From positions 384,001 to 448,000 of the forward strand of contig CAVUKB010000007.1 in assembly GCA_963741955.1 (NCBI GenBank): 64,000 nucleotides of DNA. The letters are read 5' to 3'. Shown here one piece after another: positions 20,947 to 30,913 of this stretch (the stretch's first letter is position 1; every line of letters begins with the position of its first letter). The notes beneath the pieces were generated by a model. It was not told where the DNA came from. It searched no databases and saw nothing but the letters and a program-made list of their open reading frames with translations. The stretch comes from an uncultured Acidobacteriota bacterium. GTDB lineage: Bacteria > Acidobacteriota > Thermoanaerobaculia > Gp7-AA8. Both the position numbers and the translations under genes were made by a program.

Positions 20947-22896
20947 TCAGTGGCGCACGCCCCGCCTTCGCGCCGTCTCCACGAGGCTCTTGATCTCGAC
21001 ACCGCGGCTGACGCTGCCGATGAGGAGGCGTTTCCCTGCGGGATCGACGGCGAGTGTCGCGACGCTCTCGGGGAAACCGGCCCAGGTGAGGAACGACCCC
21101 CAGGTCCTTCCATGATCACCCGAGCGGTAGATTCCGCTCCCGTCGATCGCGGCGTAGATCTGCCCGGTGAGCGGATTGGCCGCGACCGCCGATGCAGGGA
21201 AGTCTGTGACCTTCCACGTGACGCCCCAGTCTCCACTGGTCACGAGACGTCGCTGCAGCGAGCCATTGACCGAGACCGATGCGGCCGCGTAGACGTGTGC
21301 CGGCTCCTTCGGGTCGACCGCGATCGCGATGACCGAGATTCCGGAGTCGCTGGTGCGATCCCAGTCGTCGCCGCTGTTGGTACTCCGATAGATGCCGCGG
21401 TCGGTTCCGAGATAGACGTTCCTCGTATCGAGAGGATCGATCGCGATCGAGTGAACTACGGGAGAGAAGGGATCGAACAGAACGCGGTACCAGTTGTCGC
21501 CCGAGTTCTCCGATTTCTCGACCACGAATCCGCCGGTCCAGACGATGGAGGGATCTTTGGGATCGACCGCGACGGTGAGCAGGGGGCCGGACGGGGCAGG
21601 ACGGACGAGATCCCAGGTCGCACCTCCGTCGCTGCTCCGGTACGTGCCGCGGTAGTACGAGACGCCGAAGATCGCGGACGAGTCGGGCGCGGTGGCGATC
21701 GACGTGATGTCGTAAGCGAGTGCCGGCGTGAGCCGGGTCCAGGAGATTCCTCCGTCGTTCGAACCGTACACGTCTCCCTGAATGGTCGCGGCGCGGATGC
21801 GATCGGGATCCGCCGGGTCAGCGCTGATCGAGGTGATGGTGGACGCCACCACGCCGGTCGAATCGGTCAGGGTCGCTCCGCCGTCACTGCTGTAGAGAAG
21901 GCCGTCCTTCGCCCCCGCGACGACGACGTTCTTCCACTGCGGATGAATGCCGACGTCGAACATCGGCCGGTCGGCGAGCCGGGTCCACGTTTCTCCGGCA
22001 TCCGCGCTGAGGTACAGACCACCGCTCGTTGCTGCCAGCACCCGGTCGGCGTTCGAAGGGTCGGCAGCGATGCCCGCCGGAAGTCCGGCCGACGAGGCGA
22101 CGGACTGATCGATCGCGGTCCAGGTGGTGCCTCGATCGTCGCTCCGGTAGAGGACGTGATCCCCGTTCGAGCTCGCGAAAATCCGGTTCGCGTTTGCGGG
22201 GCTGAACGCGAGACGGTCGAACTGCATGGTCTGTGGGAGCGCCTGCCAGCTCTCGCCATGGTCGTCGCTGTGGAGCGTCCCGGCGATCGCGGCGGTGCTG
22301 GTGGCCCAGATCGAACCGGAGGGATCGAGCGTCAGTCCGGTGGTACAGAGCTCGTTCGTGAGGTGGATCCAGTGGACGCCGTCGTCGTAGCTCCGGAACA
22401 CCCCGGCGTCCGACGCGAAGGATGCAGCTCCTCTCGACTTGAAGACCGCCTCACAATCGGCGCCGACGTAGATCGCGGAGTCGTGGGGATCGATGATGAT
22501 CGAGGTTTGTCTCGACGAGCCGGTGTATCCCACTCTCCGCCACGTGTTGCCGCGGTCGGTCGTACGCCAGACGTCTTGCGGCGTCACCGCGAAGAGAGAG
22601 GCGTGATGACCGGGATCGATCGCGGCATCGACCATGGTGAAATTGCTGGCGCGGCTCCAGGTGTGTCCTCCATCCATACTTCGAAAGAGGTATCCGGCAC
22701 TCCGGGTGTCGGCGGTGTGCGTGGCCGTTCCTCCGCTCGCGATCGCGAACATGATGTCGGGACTCGAGGAGTCGAAGATGATCCGGTCGATCTCTCCCCC
22801 GGAGGGGCCGGCTCCGAATGCGGCCGTCGCGACGACGGTCAGGATGGCGAAGCTGGCTGCACGCGCGAACCGGCGGACGAAAATCTTCTGTCGCAC
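20947..22896 (-). CDS. Exported BNR/Asp-box repeat beta-propeller protein
   Basis: Many SxDGGxTW repeats; signal peptide; GTG at 22896 after GGAGGTG; C-terminus ARRRGVRH. Confidence 0.88.
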   Translation of the reverse strand: MRQKIFVRRFARAASFAILTVVATAAFGAGPSGGEIDRIIFDSSSPDIMFAIASGGTATHTADTRSAGYLFRSMDGGHTWSRASNFTMVDAAIDPGHHASLFAVTPQDVWRTTDRGNTWRRVGYTGSSRQTSIIIDPHDSAIYVGADCEAVFKSRGAASFASDAGVFRSYDDGVHWIHLTNELCTTGLTLDPSGSIWATSTAAIAGTLHSDDHGESWQALPQTMQFDRLAFSPANANRIFASSNGDHVLYRSDDRGTTWTAIDQSVASSAGLPAGIAADPSNADRVLAATSGGLYLSADAGETWTRLADRPMFDVGIHPQWKNVVVAGAKDGLLYSSDGGATLTDSTGVVASTITSISADPADPDRIRAATIQGDVYGSNDGGISWTRLTPALAYDITSIATAPDSSAIFGVSYYRGTYRSSDGGATWDLVRPAPSGPLLTVAVDPKDPSIVWTGGFVVEKSENSGDNWYRVLFDPFSPVVHSIAIDPLDTRNVYLGTDRGIYRSTNSGDDWDRTSDSGISVIAIAVDPKEPAHVYAAASVSVNGSLQRRLVTSGDWGVTWKVTDFPASAVAANPLTGQIYAAIDGSGIYRSGDHGRTWGSFLTWAGFPESVATLAVDPAGKRLLIGSVSRGVEIKSLVETARRRGVRH

Positions 22897-22967
22897 TCTC
22901 TCACCTCCGCGACCCGGAATCCGCGACGGTGTGGATTTCGGGATCACTGGTCTGACCGACTCTTATA

Positions 22968-23378
22968 TCACCGCCCGTATTCGGCGGCTTCGACCGCGAC
23001 GCTGCTCCCGCTGATCCGGCCGCGCAGCACGAGATGTGAGCTCGTCGGCGCCACACCGGACGAGGTTGCCGTCGCCCGAAGGGTGAACTGACCGCTGGGG
23101 CTGCGCTGAAAGTCGGCCTTCAGGACTCCGTCGGATGTGGTGACGTCAATGTGCCGGCTCGAGCCGCTCACCATTTGTCTCGCCGCGAGCTCCGCCGCAT
23201 TCTCTGCGAAGATCTCCGACGCGATCCGGCTGTGGAAACCCGCAGCCTCACGGCTCTTCGCCGTCGACTCCATCAGCACCAGTCCCATCAGCGCGAAGTA
23301 GAGGACTGCAAGGACGAGCACGCTCACGAGGGCGAACCCTCGATCACTTCGGGCGCGGCGTGAAGACCTGGTCGACAA
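22968..23378 (-). CDS. PilX/GspK-like minor pilin
   Basis: RGFALVSVLVLAVL class III signal lacking Glu5, then AENAAELA; start uncertain. Confidence 0.7.
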   Translation of the reverse strand: MSTRSSRRARSDRGFALVSVLVLAVLYFALMGLVLMESTAKSREAAGFHSRIASEIFAENAAELAARQMVSGSSRHIDVTTSDGVLKADFQRSPSGQFTLRATATSSGVAPTSSHLVLRGRISGSSVAVEAAEYGR

Positions 23379-23832
23379 TGACCTCTCCTTTCGAATCGGT
23401 TCCCTCCAGCCGGACGGCCGTCTTCCCGTCGGGCATGTCGTAGCTGTCGAACGTGAATGCCGGCACATTGAATGCGGCCCACGCCGATTTCTTCGCGGCA
23501 CCGGTGTATTCGATGCGTCGCGCGGTTCCGCTCTCGGAGACGTCCCAGACGACGGTCGTCGCTGGTGGTGTCGAGAGTCTGAGAATCAGCACCGTGTGTG
23601 ATTGCGACCACTCGTCGAACGGGTCGGGATATCCGGTCGTGTCGAGGACGTCGCGCCGCATCCGGGTGATCACGGCGCTCCTGTCGGGATGGGTGAAGAA
23701 GTCGAGCTGCATGGAGCGGTCGAACCGGACCATTTCGGCCTCGAGAGCGGCCAGGATCAGGATGAGAAGACCGAACATCGCCAGCGCAATGACGATCTCG
23801 AGCATCGAGAACCCCCGGCACCTCCTCACCAC
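23344..23832 (-). CDS. Prepilin-type minor pilin (PilW/GspJ-like)
   Basis: RGFSMLEIVIALAMFGLLILIL. Confidence 0.85.
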   Translation of the reverse strand: MVRRCRGFSMLEIVIALAMFGLLILILAALEAEMVRFDRSMQLDFFTHPDRSAVITRMRRDVLDTTGYPDPFDEWSQSHTVLILRLSTPPATTVVWDVSESGTARRIEYTGAAKKSAWAAFNVPAFTFDSYDMPDGKTAVRLEGTDSKGEVIVDQVFTPRPK

Positions 23833-24221
23833 AGATTCGAGCCTCCGGTGTCGGTCCGGATGACGTCCACGGTGACGGGGGAGGACTTCCCTTCCCAGAT
23901 GATGCTCAGGTGCGCAGTCTTGACATCGGGTGCGGTCTGCTCGATGGAGAGAGTCGCTTTCGCGTTCGGAAGCCGAGCGAGAAGCTTCTGGCCGGTTTGA
24001 AACGGAAGAGCCGTCGTGACGGTCAGTCCGGCGTATTCGACGTGACGGAGATACTCGGCTTCGTCGCCGAGTACCTGCCAGGCGAAGATCGTCTGCTCGG
24101 CCCGCCGAAGACGGGCGCTCCGGTCATAGAAGATTCCGAGTGAGGTCGTGACGATCAGCGCGAGAATCAGAAGCGAGACCAGAATCTCGACCATCGTGAA
24201 TCCGCGCTGTCCGTGTTTCAT
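23826..24221 (-). CDS. Prepilin-type minor pilin (PilV/GspI-like)
   Basis: MKHGQRGFTMVEILVSLLILALI. Confidence 0.85.
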   Translation of the reverse strand: MKHGQRGFTMVEILVSLLILALIVTTSLGIFYDRSARLRRAEQTIFAWQVLGDEAEYLRHVEYAGLTVTTALPFQTGQKLLARLPNAKATLSIEQTAPDVKTAHLSIIWEGKSSPVTVDVIRTDTGGSNLW

Positions 24222-24402
24222 GCGGTTCCGGTTCACGGTGCTCCATTGTGACAGGTCAGGGGCGGAAAGGTTCAGTGTCGAGCGATGGCCTCGAATTCGG
24301 AACGGGGAAGTGGCCGGGTCCTGGCCGGTCGCGCCCCTCATTGCCCGCAATCCACAACCTCGCTTGACGGCTGCTGCGGCTCCTCCATAACATCACCGCG
24401 CC

Positions 24403-25833
24403 ATGTCGTCCCGACCTTTGAAACTCCGCTTCGCTCCTTCTCCCACCGGCTTCCTTCACGTCGGGGGTGCGCGCACCGCGATCTTCAATCTCCTTCACGC
24501 GCGCCGGCACGGCGGGAGTTTTCTCCTCCGGATCGAGGATACCGACGTCGAGCGTTCGCGCCAGCACCATGCGGAGCAGATCGTCAGCTCACTTCACTGG
24601 CTCGGTGTCGAGTGGGACGAGGGGCCGATCTACCAGAGCGACCGCATCGACCGCTACCGGATGCGCGCCGAGGAGCTGCTCGAGAAAGGGGCGGCGTATC
24701 GCTGCTACTGCACGGTGGAGGAGCTGGAAGCGGAGCGGCTGGAGGCGGAGAGCGCAGGTCACCAGTACCGTTACTCGGGGAAGTGCCGGGATCTCGCCGC
24801 GCACGGCATCAGCCGTTCCGGACCCTCGGTGATCCGGTTCCGGGTCTCGCCTGGTCCGATCGAATTTCGCGACCTGATCCGCGGCGACGTTCGTTTCGAG
24901 GCGGATCTGATCGACGACTTCGTCCTGATCCGGAGCGATGGAAACCCCACCTATCATCTCTCTGTGGTCGTCGACGACATCGACATGGAGGTCACGGTCG
25001 TCGCCCGTGGCGAGGATCACCTATCCAACACGCCGAAACACATCCTTCTGTTTCGGGCTTTCGAGGCCGACGTCCCCGATTTCGCGCATGTCCCGCTGAT
25101 CCTGGGGCCGGACAAGAAGCGGCTCTCAAAACGGACCGGGGCGACATCGGTGGAGGAATATCAGAAGCTCGGGATTCTTCCGGAGGCCCTTTTCAATTTT
25201 CTCCTCCTTCTCGGATGGGCGACCAGTGGGGACCGGGAGATCATCTCCCGTGACGAGGCAATCGATCTTTTCGATCTGACCGACGTCAACAAGTCGGCTG
25301 CGGTCTTCGACATGGACAAGCTGTACTGGATCAACGGTCAGTACATGCAGAAGATGACTCCGGAGCAGCTCGAGCCGCATCTCCGTCCTTTTCTTTCCAT
25401 CCCACTTCCCGAGGGGGACGATCTGATCCGCGTTCTGAAGCTGAATCAGACCAGAGCGCGATCGCTGGTCGATCTCGCAGAGCTGGTGGTGCCGTATTTC
25501 TACGACGCGGTCGCGATCGAATACGAGGCGGACGCGGTGAAGAAGCACGTGAAGGGAGAAGAGCTGAAGGCGCGGATGGAAGAGCTGCGGGACGCGTATG
25601 CGACGCTCGATCCGTTCGACGTCGAAACGACCGAGCGCGTGCTTCGCGGTCTCGCGGAGTCGAGCAACCTGGGAGCGGGGAAGTACATTCATCCTCTCCG
25701 GGTCGCCCTCACCGGGAAGATGGCATCGCCTCCGATCTTCGACGTCGCCGTCGCACTCGGACGGGAGAGAACTCTCGATCGGCTGAACCGATTCATCGGC
25801 GAGGTCGACTCGCTTCGCTCCAGCGGCGAGTAG
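24403..25833 (+). CDS. gltX: Glutamate--tRNA ligase
   Basis: RFAPSPTGFLHVGGART, LRIEDTD, RGEDH, RLSKR, LRVALTG anticodon domain. Confidence 0.97.
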   Translation: MSSRPLKLRFAPSPTGFLHVGGARTAIFNLLHARRHGGSFLLRIEDTDVERSRQHHAEQIVSSLHWLGVEWDEGPIYQSDRIDRYRMRAEELLEKGAAYRCYCTVEELEAERLEAESAGHQYRYSGKCRDLAAHGISRSGPSVIRFRVSPGPIEFRDLIRGDVRFEADLIDDFVLIRSDGNPTYHLSVVVDDIDMEVTVVARGEDHLSNTPKHILLFRAFEADVPDFAHVPLILGPDKKRLSKRTGATSVEEYQKLGILPEALFNFLLLLGWATSGDREIISRDEAIDLFDLTDVNKSAAVFDMDKLYWINGQYMQKMTPEQLEPHLRPFLSIPLPEGDDLIRVLKLNQTRARSLVDLAELVVPYFYDAVAIEYEADAVKKHVKGEELKARMEELRDAYATLDPFDVETTERVLRGLAESSNLGAGKYIHPLRVALTGKMASPPIFDVAVALGRERTLDRLNRFIGEVDSLRSSGE

Positions 25834-26001
25834 TCCGGTACGCGCACGCCGCACGCCGATTTTTCGAGTGCGCGATCGGGGTAGTTTCTGACCCCGAGCC
25901 GGGTCAGTTCCTGACATTCGGTGCAACTTCTGACCTGACCCCACCTTCTCCCCGACTTCTCAACTTCCTCACATCCCTCGGCTTACCGGAAATGCACATC
26001 G

Positions 26002-26016
26002 TGGCGTAATCCTTGC
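26002..26016 (+). promoter_or_regulatory. Possible sigma54 (-24/-12) promoter
   Basis: TGGCGTAATCCTTGC with GG-N10-GC spacing, about 80 bp upstream of the MBL gene. Confidence 0.45.
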
Positions 26017-26094
26017 CCTCGGATCCACTTAGAGTGGAATCGCTCTACATTCCGTAGAACACCAACAACGAACGCTTCGACAAGGAGAGCGCAC

Positions 26095-28056
26095 ATGGGC
26101 ATGAGACGCCTTGCGGGACTCACCGCGGTCGCGGTCTGTCTGTTTTTCCTCACCGCAGCAGCATTCGCGCAACAGCTCGAGATCCGTTACATCAACGTCG
26201 GCTGGGGAGACTCGGTCTTCGTGAAGGGACCTGACGGCACCACCGTCCTCCTCGAGGCGGGGAACACGGGAATGGGTAGCGGGCGGGTCGTTCCGTATCT
26301 CGAGTCGGCCGGGATCATGCCGTCGGGCGGACTCGATTACACCATCGCAGGGCATCAGCACTGCGATCACATCGGAGGTCTCGACGAAGTGGTGCAGGCC
26401 GGCTACGACGTCCGCCGGAGAAACTACTACAACGGATCGAGCTACTCCTCGAGCTGCGCAACCGAATGGGACGCGGCTGCCGCCACCACCACGGCAGGAC
26501 CGCTGGTGGTGATGAATCCGGGCGATCAGATTCCACTCGGAAGCGGTGCACTCCTCACCTGCGTCGTCTCGAACGGGCGGGTGATCGGTGGCGGAACGGT
26601 CCCGGTGTCGAATGAGAACGACCGCTCGATCGGAGTTCTCATCCAGTACGGGGGGTTCGACTTTCTCTGGGCATCCGACCTCGGCGGCGGGAGTGATGAC
26701 GGGAGCTGCACCGGCAGGTCGACCTCTCAGGTGAACGTCGAGAGCAGTGTGATTCGGGCGATTTCTCCCGGCGGTGCTCATCCGATGATCTCGACGGGGG
26801 GAATCGACGTACTTCACGTCAACCACCACGGGAGCGAGAGCTCGACCAACGACGACTGGATGAATCTGTCCGCACCGGACGTGGCGATCATCGCGACCGG
26901 AGATGGACAGTCCGGCGGGTGGGACCTTCCGCGAATCGACGTGGTGGACCATGTGCTGCTGGCGGAAGCGTCGTGCATCAGCGCACCTCCGGCGCTCGTA
27001 CTGCAGACGGAGGAGGGAAACCCTGCCGGCAGTCTGACCAGCTACAGCGGTTACTGCGTCGGTGACGTGACCATCACCACGGACGGGATGAACCTCTACA
27101 CCATCAACGCGGATGGAAACGTCTCGGAAGGACCGGACGAGCTCTCCGCCGCAAACCTCCCGCGCAGCTTCACCATCGACGATGCACCGGGTGGTGGCGA
27201 CACGCAGGCGCCGGTCACGTCGATCACCTATCCTGCAGATGGATCGACGGTGGGCGGAACGGTCACCGTGACCGCTACTGCGACCGATGACGTCGGCGTG
27301 ACCGGAGTGGAGTTCTATCTCGACGGCGTCCTTCAGGCCACCGACACGGTGGCGCCGTACAGCTGGAGCTGGGACACGACCGGGGCGGACGGAGCACACT
27401 CGCTCCAGACGCGTGCGTATGACGCGGCGGCGAATGTCGGAAGCTCCGCGATCGTCACCGTGACGGTGAACAACGGAGGAGGCGACACACAGCCGCCGGT
27501 CACGTCGATCACCTCTCCCGCAGATGGATCGACGGTAGGCGGAACGGTCACCGTGACCGCAGCCGCGACCGATGACGTTGGTGTGACCGGGGTGGAGTTC
27601 TACCTCGACGGCGCCCTTCAGGCGACCGACACCACCGCTCCGTACGGCTGGAGCTGGGACACGGCGATGGTCGCAGACGGCAGCCATGTGCTGCAGTCCC
27701 GAGCGACCGACGCGGCGGGGAACAGCGGCAGCTCGCCGCTGGTCACCGTGACGGTGAGCAATGCGACCGCGGACACTCAGGCGCCGACTGCGCCCTCGTC
27801 GTTGTCGGCGAATGCGCGGGGAAAGGGAAAGATCGGACTCTCGTGGGGTGCGTCGACTGACGACGTCGGCGTCGCGGGTTATGAGATCTGGCGCTCGGCT
27901 GGCGGCGGCTGGAGCCGGATCGACATCTCGACCAATACCGGTTACAACGACACGAATGTCGCGGGGAAGCAGACCTACAGCTATTACGTCGTGGCATTCG
28001 ACGCAGCCGGCAATCGTTCGGCGGCTTCGAATACCGCATCTGCCACGGCCCGTTGA
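26095..28056 (+). CDS. Exported ComEC/Rec2-type metallo-beta-lactamase-fold hydrolase with two bacterial Ig-like domains and an FN3 domain
   Basis: Signal peptide; INVGWGDS, HQHCDHIGG, NDRS, HHGS; two near-identical DTQ.PVTSIT.PADGSTVGGTV...AAGN modules; WGASTDDVGVAGYEIWR. Confidence 0.88.
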   Translation: MGMRRLAGLTAVAVCLFFLTAAAFAQQLEIRYINVGWGDSVFVKGPDGTTVLLEAGNTGMGSGRVVPYLESAGIMPSGGLDYTIAGHQHCDHIGGLDEVVQAGYDVRRRNYYNGSSYSSSCATEWDAAAATTTAGPLVVMNPGDQIPLGSGALLTCVVSNGRVIGGGTVPVSNENDRSIGVLIQYGGFDFLWASDLGGGSDDGSCTGRSTSQVNVESSVIRAISPGGAHPMISTGGIDVLHVNHHGSESSTNDDWMNLSAPDVAIIATGDGQSGGWDLPRIDVVDHVLLAEASCISAPPALVLQTEEGNPAGSLTSYSGYCVGDVTITTDGMNLYTINADGNVSEGPDELSAANLPRSFTIDDAPGGGDTQAPVTSITYPADGSTVGGTVTVTATATDDVGVTGVEFYLDGVLQATDTVAPYSWSWDTTGADGAHSLQTRAYDAAANVGSSAIVTVTVNNGGGDTQPPVTSITSPADGSTVGGTVTVTAAATDDVGVTGVEFYLDGALQATDTTAPYGWSWDTAMVADGSHVLQSRATDAAGNSGSSPLVTVTVSNATADTQAPTAPSSLSANARGKGKIGLSWGASTDDVGVAGYEIWRSAGGGWSRIDISTNTGYNDTNVAGKQTYSYYVVAFDAAGNRSAASNTASATAR

Positions 28057-28075
28057 GCGGAATCAGCCTGATCTC

Positions 28076-28101
28076 GAAGGGGCGGCACCGGCCGCCCCTT
28101 C
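28076..28101 (+). terminator. Hairpin, probable terminator
   Basis: GAAGGGGCGGC-ACCG-GCCGCCCCTTC 20 bp after the stop codon; weak U-tract. Confidence 0.6.
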
Positions 28102-28197
28102 CGCTCCCGTGGCACGCTCCCGAGCGCCGTCGAGCTGATCCGGATTAGAATAATCATTCCAGCTCCGCAGTACGTGGTCCGGGAGAGGTAGAGGCGA

Positions 28198-28653
28198 ATG
28201 AAAATCGTGAAAGTCGTACTGGCGCTCGTGGTGGTCTTCGTTCTGATTCAGTTCATTCGTCCCGTCCGCTCGAATCCCCCGGTCGACCAGGTGAAGAGCC
28301 ATCCTGCGAAGTTGCAGGTGCCCGCCCCCGTCGCTTCGATTCTCGCGCGCTCGTGCAACGACTGCCACTCGAGCCTCACGCACTGGCCCTGGTACAGCCG
28401 GGTGGCTCCCGTTTCGTGGCTCGTCGCACACGACGTGAGCGAAGGGAGGGGGGAGCTCTCCTTTTCGGAGTGGGGTGGTTACCCGGATCAGAAGCTCGCG
28501 AAGAAGCTCGATGCGATCTGCCGCGAGGTCAGAAGCGGCGACATGCCTCCGGCGACGTATCTCCCCATGCATCGTTCCGCTCGGTTGAGCGAAACGGATC
28601 GGACCATTCTCTGCGACTGGGCGAAAAGCGAGGCTGCGCATCTGAGGAAGTGA
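28198..28653 (+). CDS. Heme-binding (Haem_bd) monoheme cytochrome c
   Basis: N-terminal TM, CNDCH, WPWYSRVAP, distal MPP. Confidence 0.9.
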   Translation: MKIVKVVLALVVVFVLIQFIRPVRSNPPVDQVKSHPAKLQVPAPVASILARSCNDCHSSLTHWPWYSRVAPVSWLVAHDVSEGRGELSFSEWGGYPDQKLAKKLDAICREVRSGDMPPATYLPMHRSARLSETDRTILCDWAKSEAAHLRK

Positions 28654-28721
28654 ACCGGTGAGCGATTGCGAGCGCGGCTCGCGGATCGCCGCGAACGTGA
28701 ACCCAGACTCCTGACTCTTCT

Positions 28722-30788
28722 TCAGCGGACCAGACCCCGCGGACCGAACGGCCGGAACTTCATCTCCACGTACGAGACTTCGTCGGTCTTCCGGTTCATC
28801 ACCGTCATTGACGCTCCGTGCTCGTCGATGATCCGTTGATCGATGGAAAAACCGAGTCCGGATCTTCCATCGAGATGGAGAAGGTTCGGGTCGAGGGACC
28901 AGCGAAGCTCGCGATCGGTGAAGATCAAGGCGTTCGTACTGACGGTGACGCTGGTCCATTCTTCCTTTCGCCATTCGACGGGCGCGATGACGATGTCGAC
29001 TCGCGCTCCTTCGTTCGTCCGCTCGATGAACATCTCCAGAATGTGCTTGAAGAGCCGGTGGAGGCGGAGGCGGTTCATCATCACTGCGGGATTTCCGCGG
29101 ACGATCCTGAGGCGAAGATCGATGTCGCGAATCCGGGCCGCTCCCGCCAGCTCCCGCATCGCACCTTCCACCACCATCCGGATCTCTCCCGCGCCGGGGT
29201 CGAGCTCGAAAGGACGGGCATACTCTTCGAGCTCTCGAAACAGCGTGGACATGCTGTGCACTGCAGAGCGGGCCTGACGGACTTCGGAAGGGGAGAGCTC
29301 GACCGTCTGCAGTCGTTTGCTCAGCAGATCGCCGATCAGGTTCATCGGCTCGGCGGACTCTCGCGAGAGTCCGCGGATGAGTTGAGTCACGGCGTCGAGA
29401 ACGTCCGCTTCGCGGCGGACCTGCTCGCGCTGCTCTTCGTCCGTTATGTCGCGGGCGATCAATACGATTCGTTCATCCGAGACGAAATGGCTCCCGAAGG
29501 TTCTTGCAGCGATCTGCCAGCTCGTCCCGCGGAGCGGATCACGGCAGACGGCACTCGTTCCCAGATGAGTCTCTGTGATCACGGCCGCGAGCTGGCGCAT
29601 GGTCGACCACGGCTCGCCGTGAGATGCGGAGGGCAGCTGACTCCCGGTCGCTTCTTCGAACGAGATCCCGAGTGCGCGTCGCGCGAGCTCGTTCAGCCGG
29701 AGAATCGTGGTGTTCGTGTCGATCACCACCACCATCGCTTCGAGTGTATCGCACACCATCCGCCATTCCGCCGCAGAGAGCTCGACCAGTGCTTCGAGTC
29801 CCGCACGCTCACGCTCGTCCGGATCGCTCTCCGGATTTTCGTGGATCGTGCCGATGATCTGCAGAGGTGTCGCGCCCGCACCGAAGACTCCTCGAACCGA
29901 GCTCCGAACCTCCAGAACCCTTCCCGACTCGGTGAGCACCCGATGGTCGAGCAGCCACTCGCCCGGCTCGACGAACGCCCGTTCGATCATCCGCACGAAC
30001 GCATTGCGATCTTCGGTATGCACGTGCGCAAGAAACGCCCCGTAGTCGGTGAGCGTCTGCTGCGGATCTGCATCGAGGATCCGGAAGATGGCATCCGACC
30101 ATTGCCAGACGCGATTGCCCCGACTCCAGGCCCAGCTTCCGATCCGTCCGGGCTGCGCCCGACGCTCGATCCGCGCGCGGCTCTCTGCCAGCTCGATCTG
30201 AGTCCGCTTGTTCTCGATCGCCGCGGCGAGGACGTTCGCGATCGACTTCATGAACTCGATCTCGTACGACTTGAAATGGCGCTCACTCCGGCTGTAGGCA
30301 CCGAGGATTCCGAGAGGTCCGGTACGTCCGGGGAGGACCACACTCATCCCGCTGACCACTCCGGCGGGGCCGAGGATCGGCTCTCCGCTGAACCGCGTCT
30401 CCTCGGACAGACGGTCGAATACGACCGGCTCGCTCGACTCGAACGTGAAGATCGCCTCGGAGTCGACTTCCGACTCCGATTCATGATGAGGGTAGCCGAT
30501 GATCGTTCGGGTCCCGAGGCGCTGACGATCGGGCAACCACTCGAGCATCCGGCAGATGTCGACTGCGAGCGTGTCGGCGGCGAGTGCGCACGCCTGCCCG
30601 ATCAGCAGTGAGACGTCGACGCGAGTGAGTGCTGCCTGGCCGAGCTCCGCGACCGCGGTCTGCTGCCGAGTTCGTGCGTCGAGCTCGGACTGCAGCTGCT
30701 GAAAGCGATCAGTGGTGACCACGTTCGAGCCCGCCCCCGCCCCCACTCCCATCTCCGGCGAAGCGAAACGCGCATTCGAAATATCCAT
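28722..30788 (-). CDS. GAF-PAS-PAS histidine-kinase-like protein with degenerate catalytic core
   Basis: GAF (SGMSVVLPG..LGILGAYS), PAS (IGSWAW..WSDAIFRI..VHTEDR); only the G2 box SGLGFSI is retained. Confidence 0.8.
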   Translation of the reverse strand: MDISNARFASPEMGVGAGAGSNVVTTDRFQQLQSELDARTRQQTAVAELGQAALTRVDVSLLIGQACALAADTLAVDICRMLEWLPDRQRLGTRTIIGYPHHESESEVDSEAIFTFESSEPVVFDRLSEETRFSGEPILGPAGVVSGMSVVLPGRTGPLGILGAYSRSERHFKSYEIEFMKSIANVLAAAIENKRTQIELAESRARIERRAQPGRIGSWAWSRGNRVWQWSDAIFRILDADPQQTLTDYGAFLAHVHTEDRNAFVRMIERAFVEPGEWLLDHRVLTESGRVLEVRSSVRGVFGAGATPLQIIGTIHENPESDPDERERAGLEALVELSAAEWRMVCDTLEAMVVVIDTNTTILRLNELARRALGISFEEATGSQLPSASHGEPWSTMRQLAAVITETHLGTSAVCRDPLRGTSWQIAARTFGSHFVSDERIVLIARDITDEEQREQVRREADVLDAVTQLIRGLSRESAEPMNLIGDLLSKRLQTVELSPSEVRQARSAVHSMSTLFRELEEYARPFELDPGAGEIRMVVEGAMRELAGAARIRDIDLRLRIVRGNPAVMMNRLRLHRLFKHILEMFIERTNEGARVDIVIAPVEWRKEEWTSVTVSTNALIFTDRELRWSLDPNLLHLDGRSGLGFSIDQRIIDEHGASMTVMNRKTDEVSYVEMKFRPFGPRGLVR

Positions 30789-30913
30789 GGCCAACTCCTC
30801 GTACTTCGGACCAGAACCGCTCCGGGTAATTTCACAGGCTAGCACTTAACAGCCGCATCCGTAGTCGCGACTGACGAATTTTTGACGTCCTCAGCAGTTT
30901 CCTGGGAGTCGCG

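Noticed and set aside
28143-28161. Canonical Fur box before the heme protein
   Set aside because: 13/19 match only, and unlike the palindrome found twice in the iron operon
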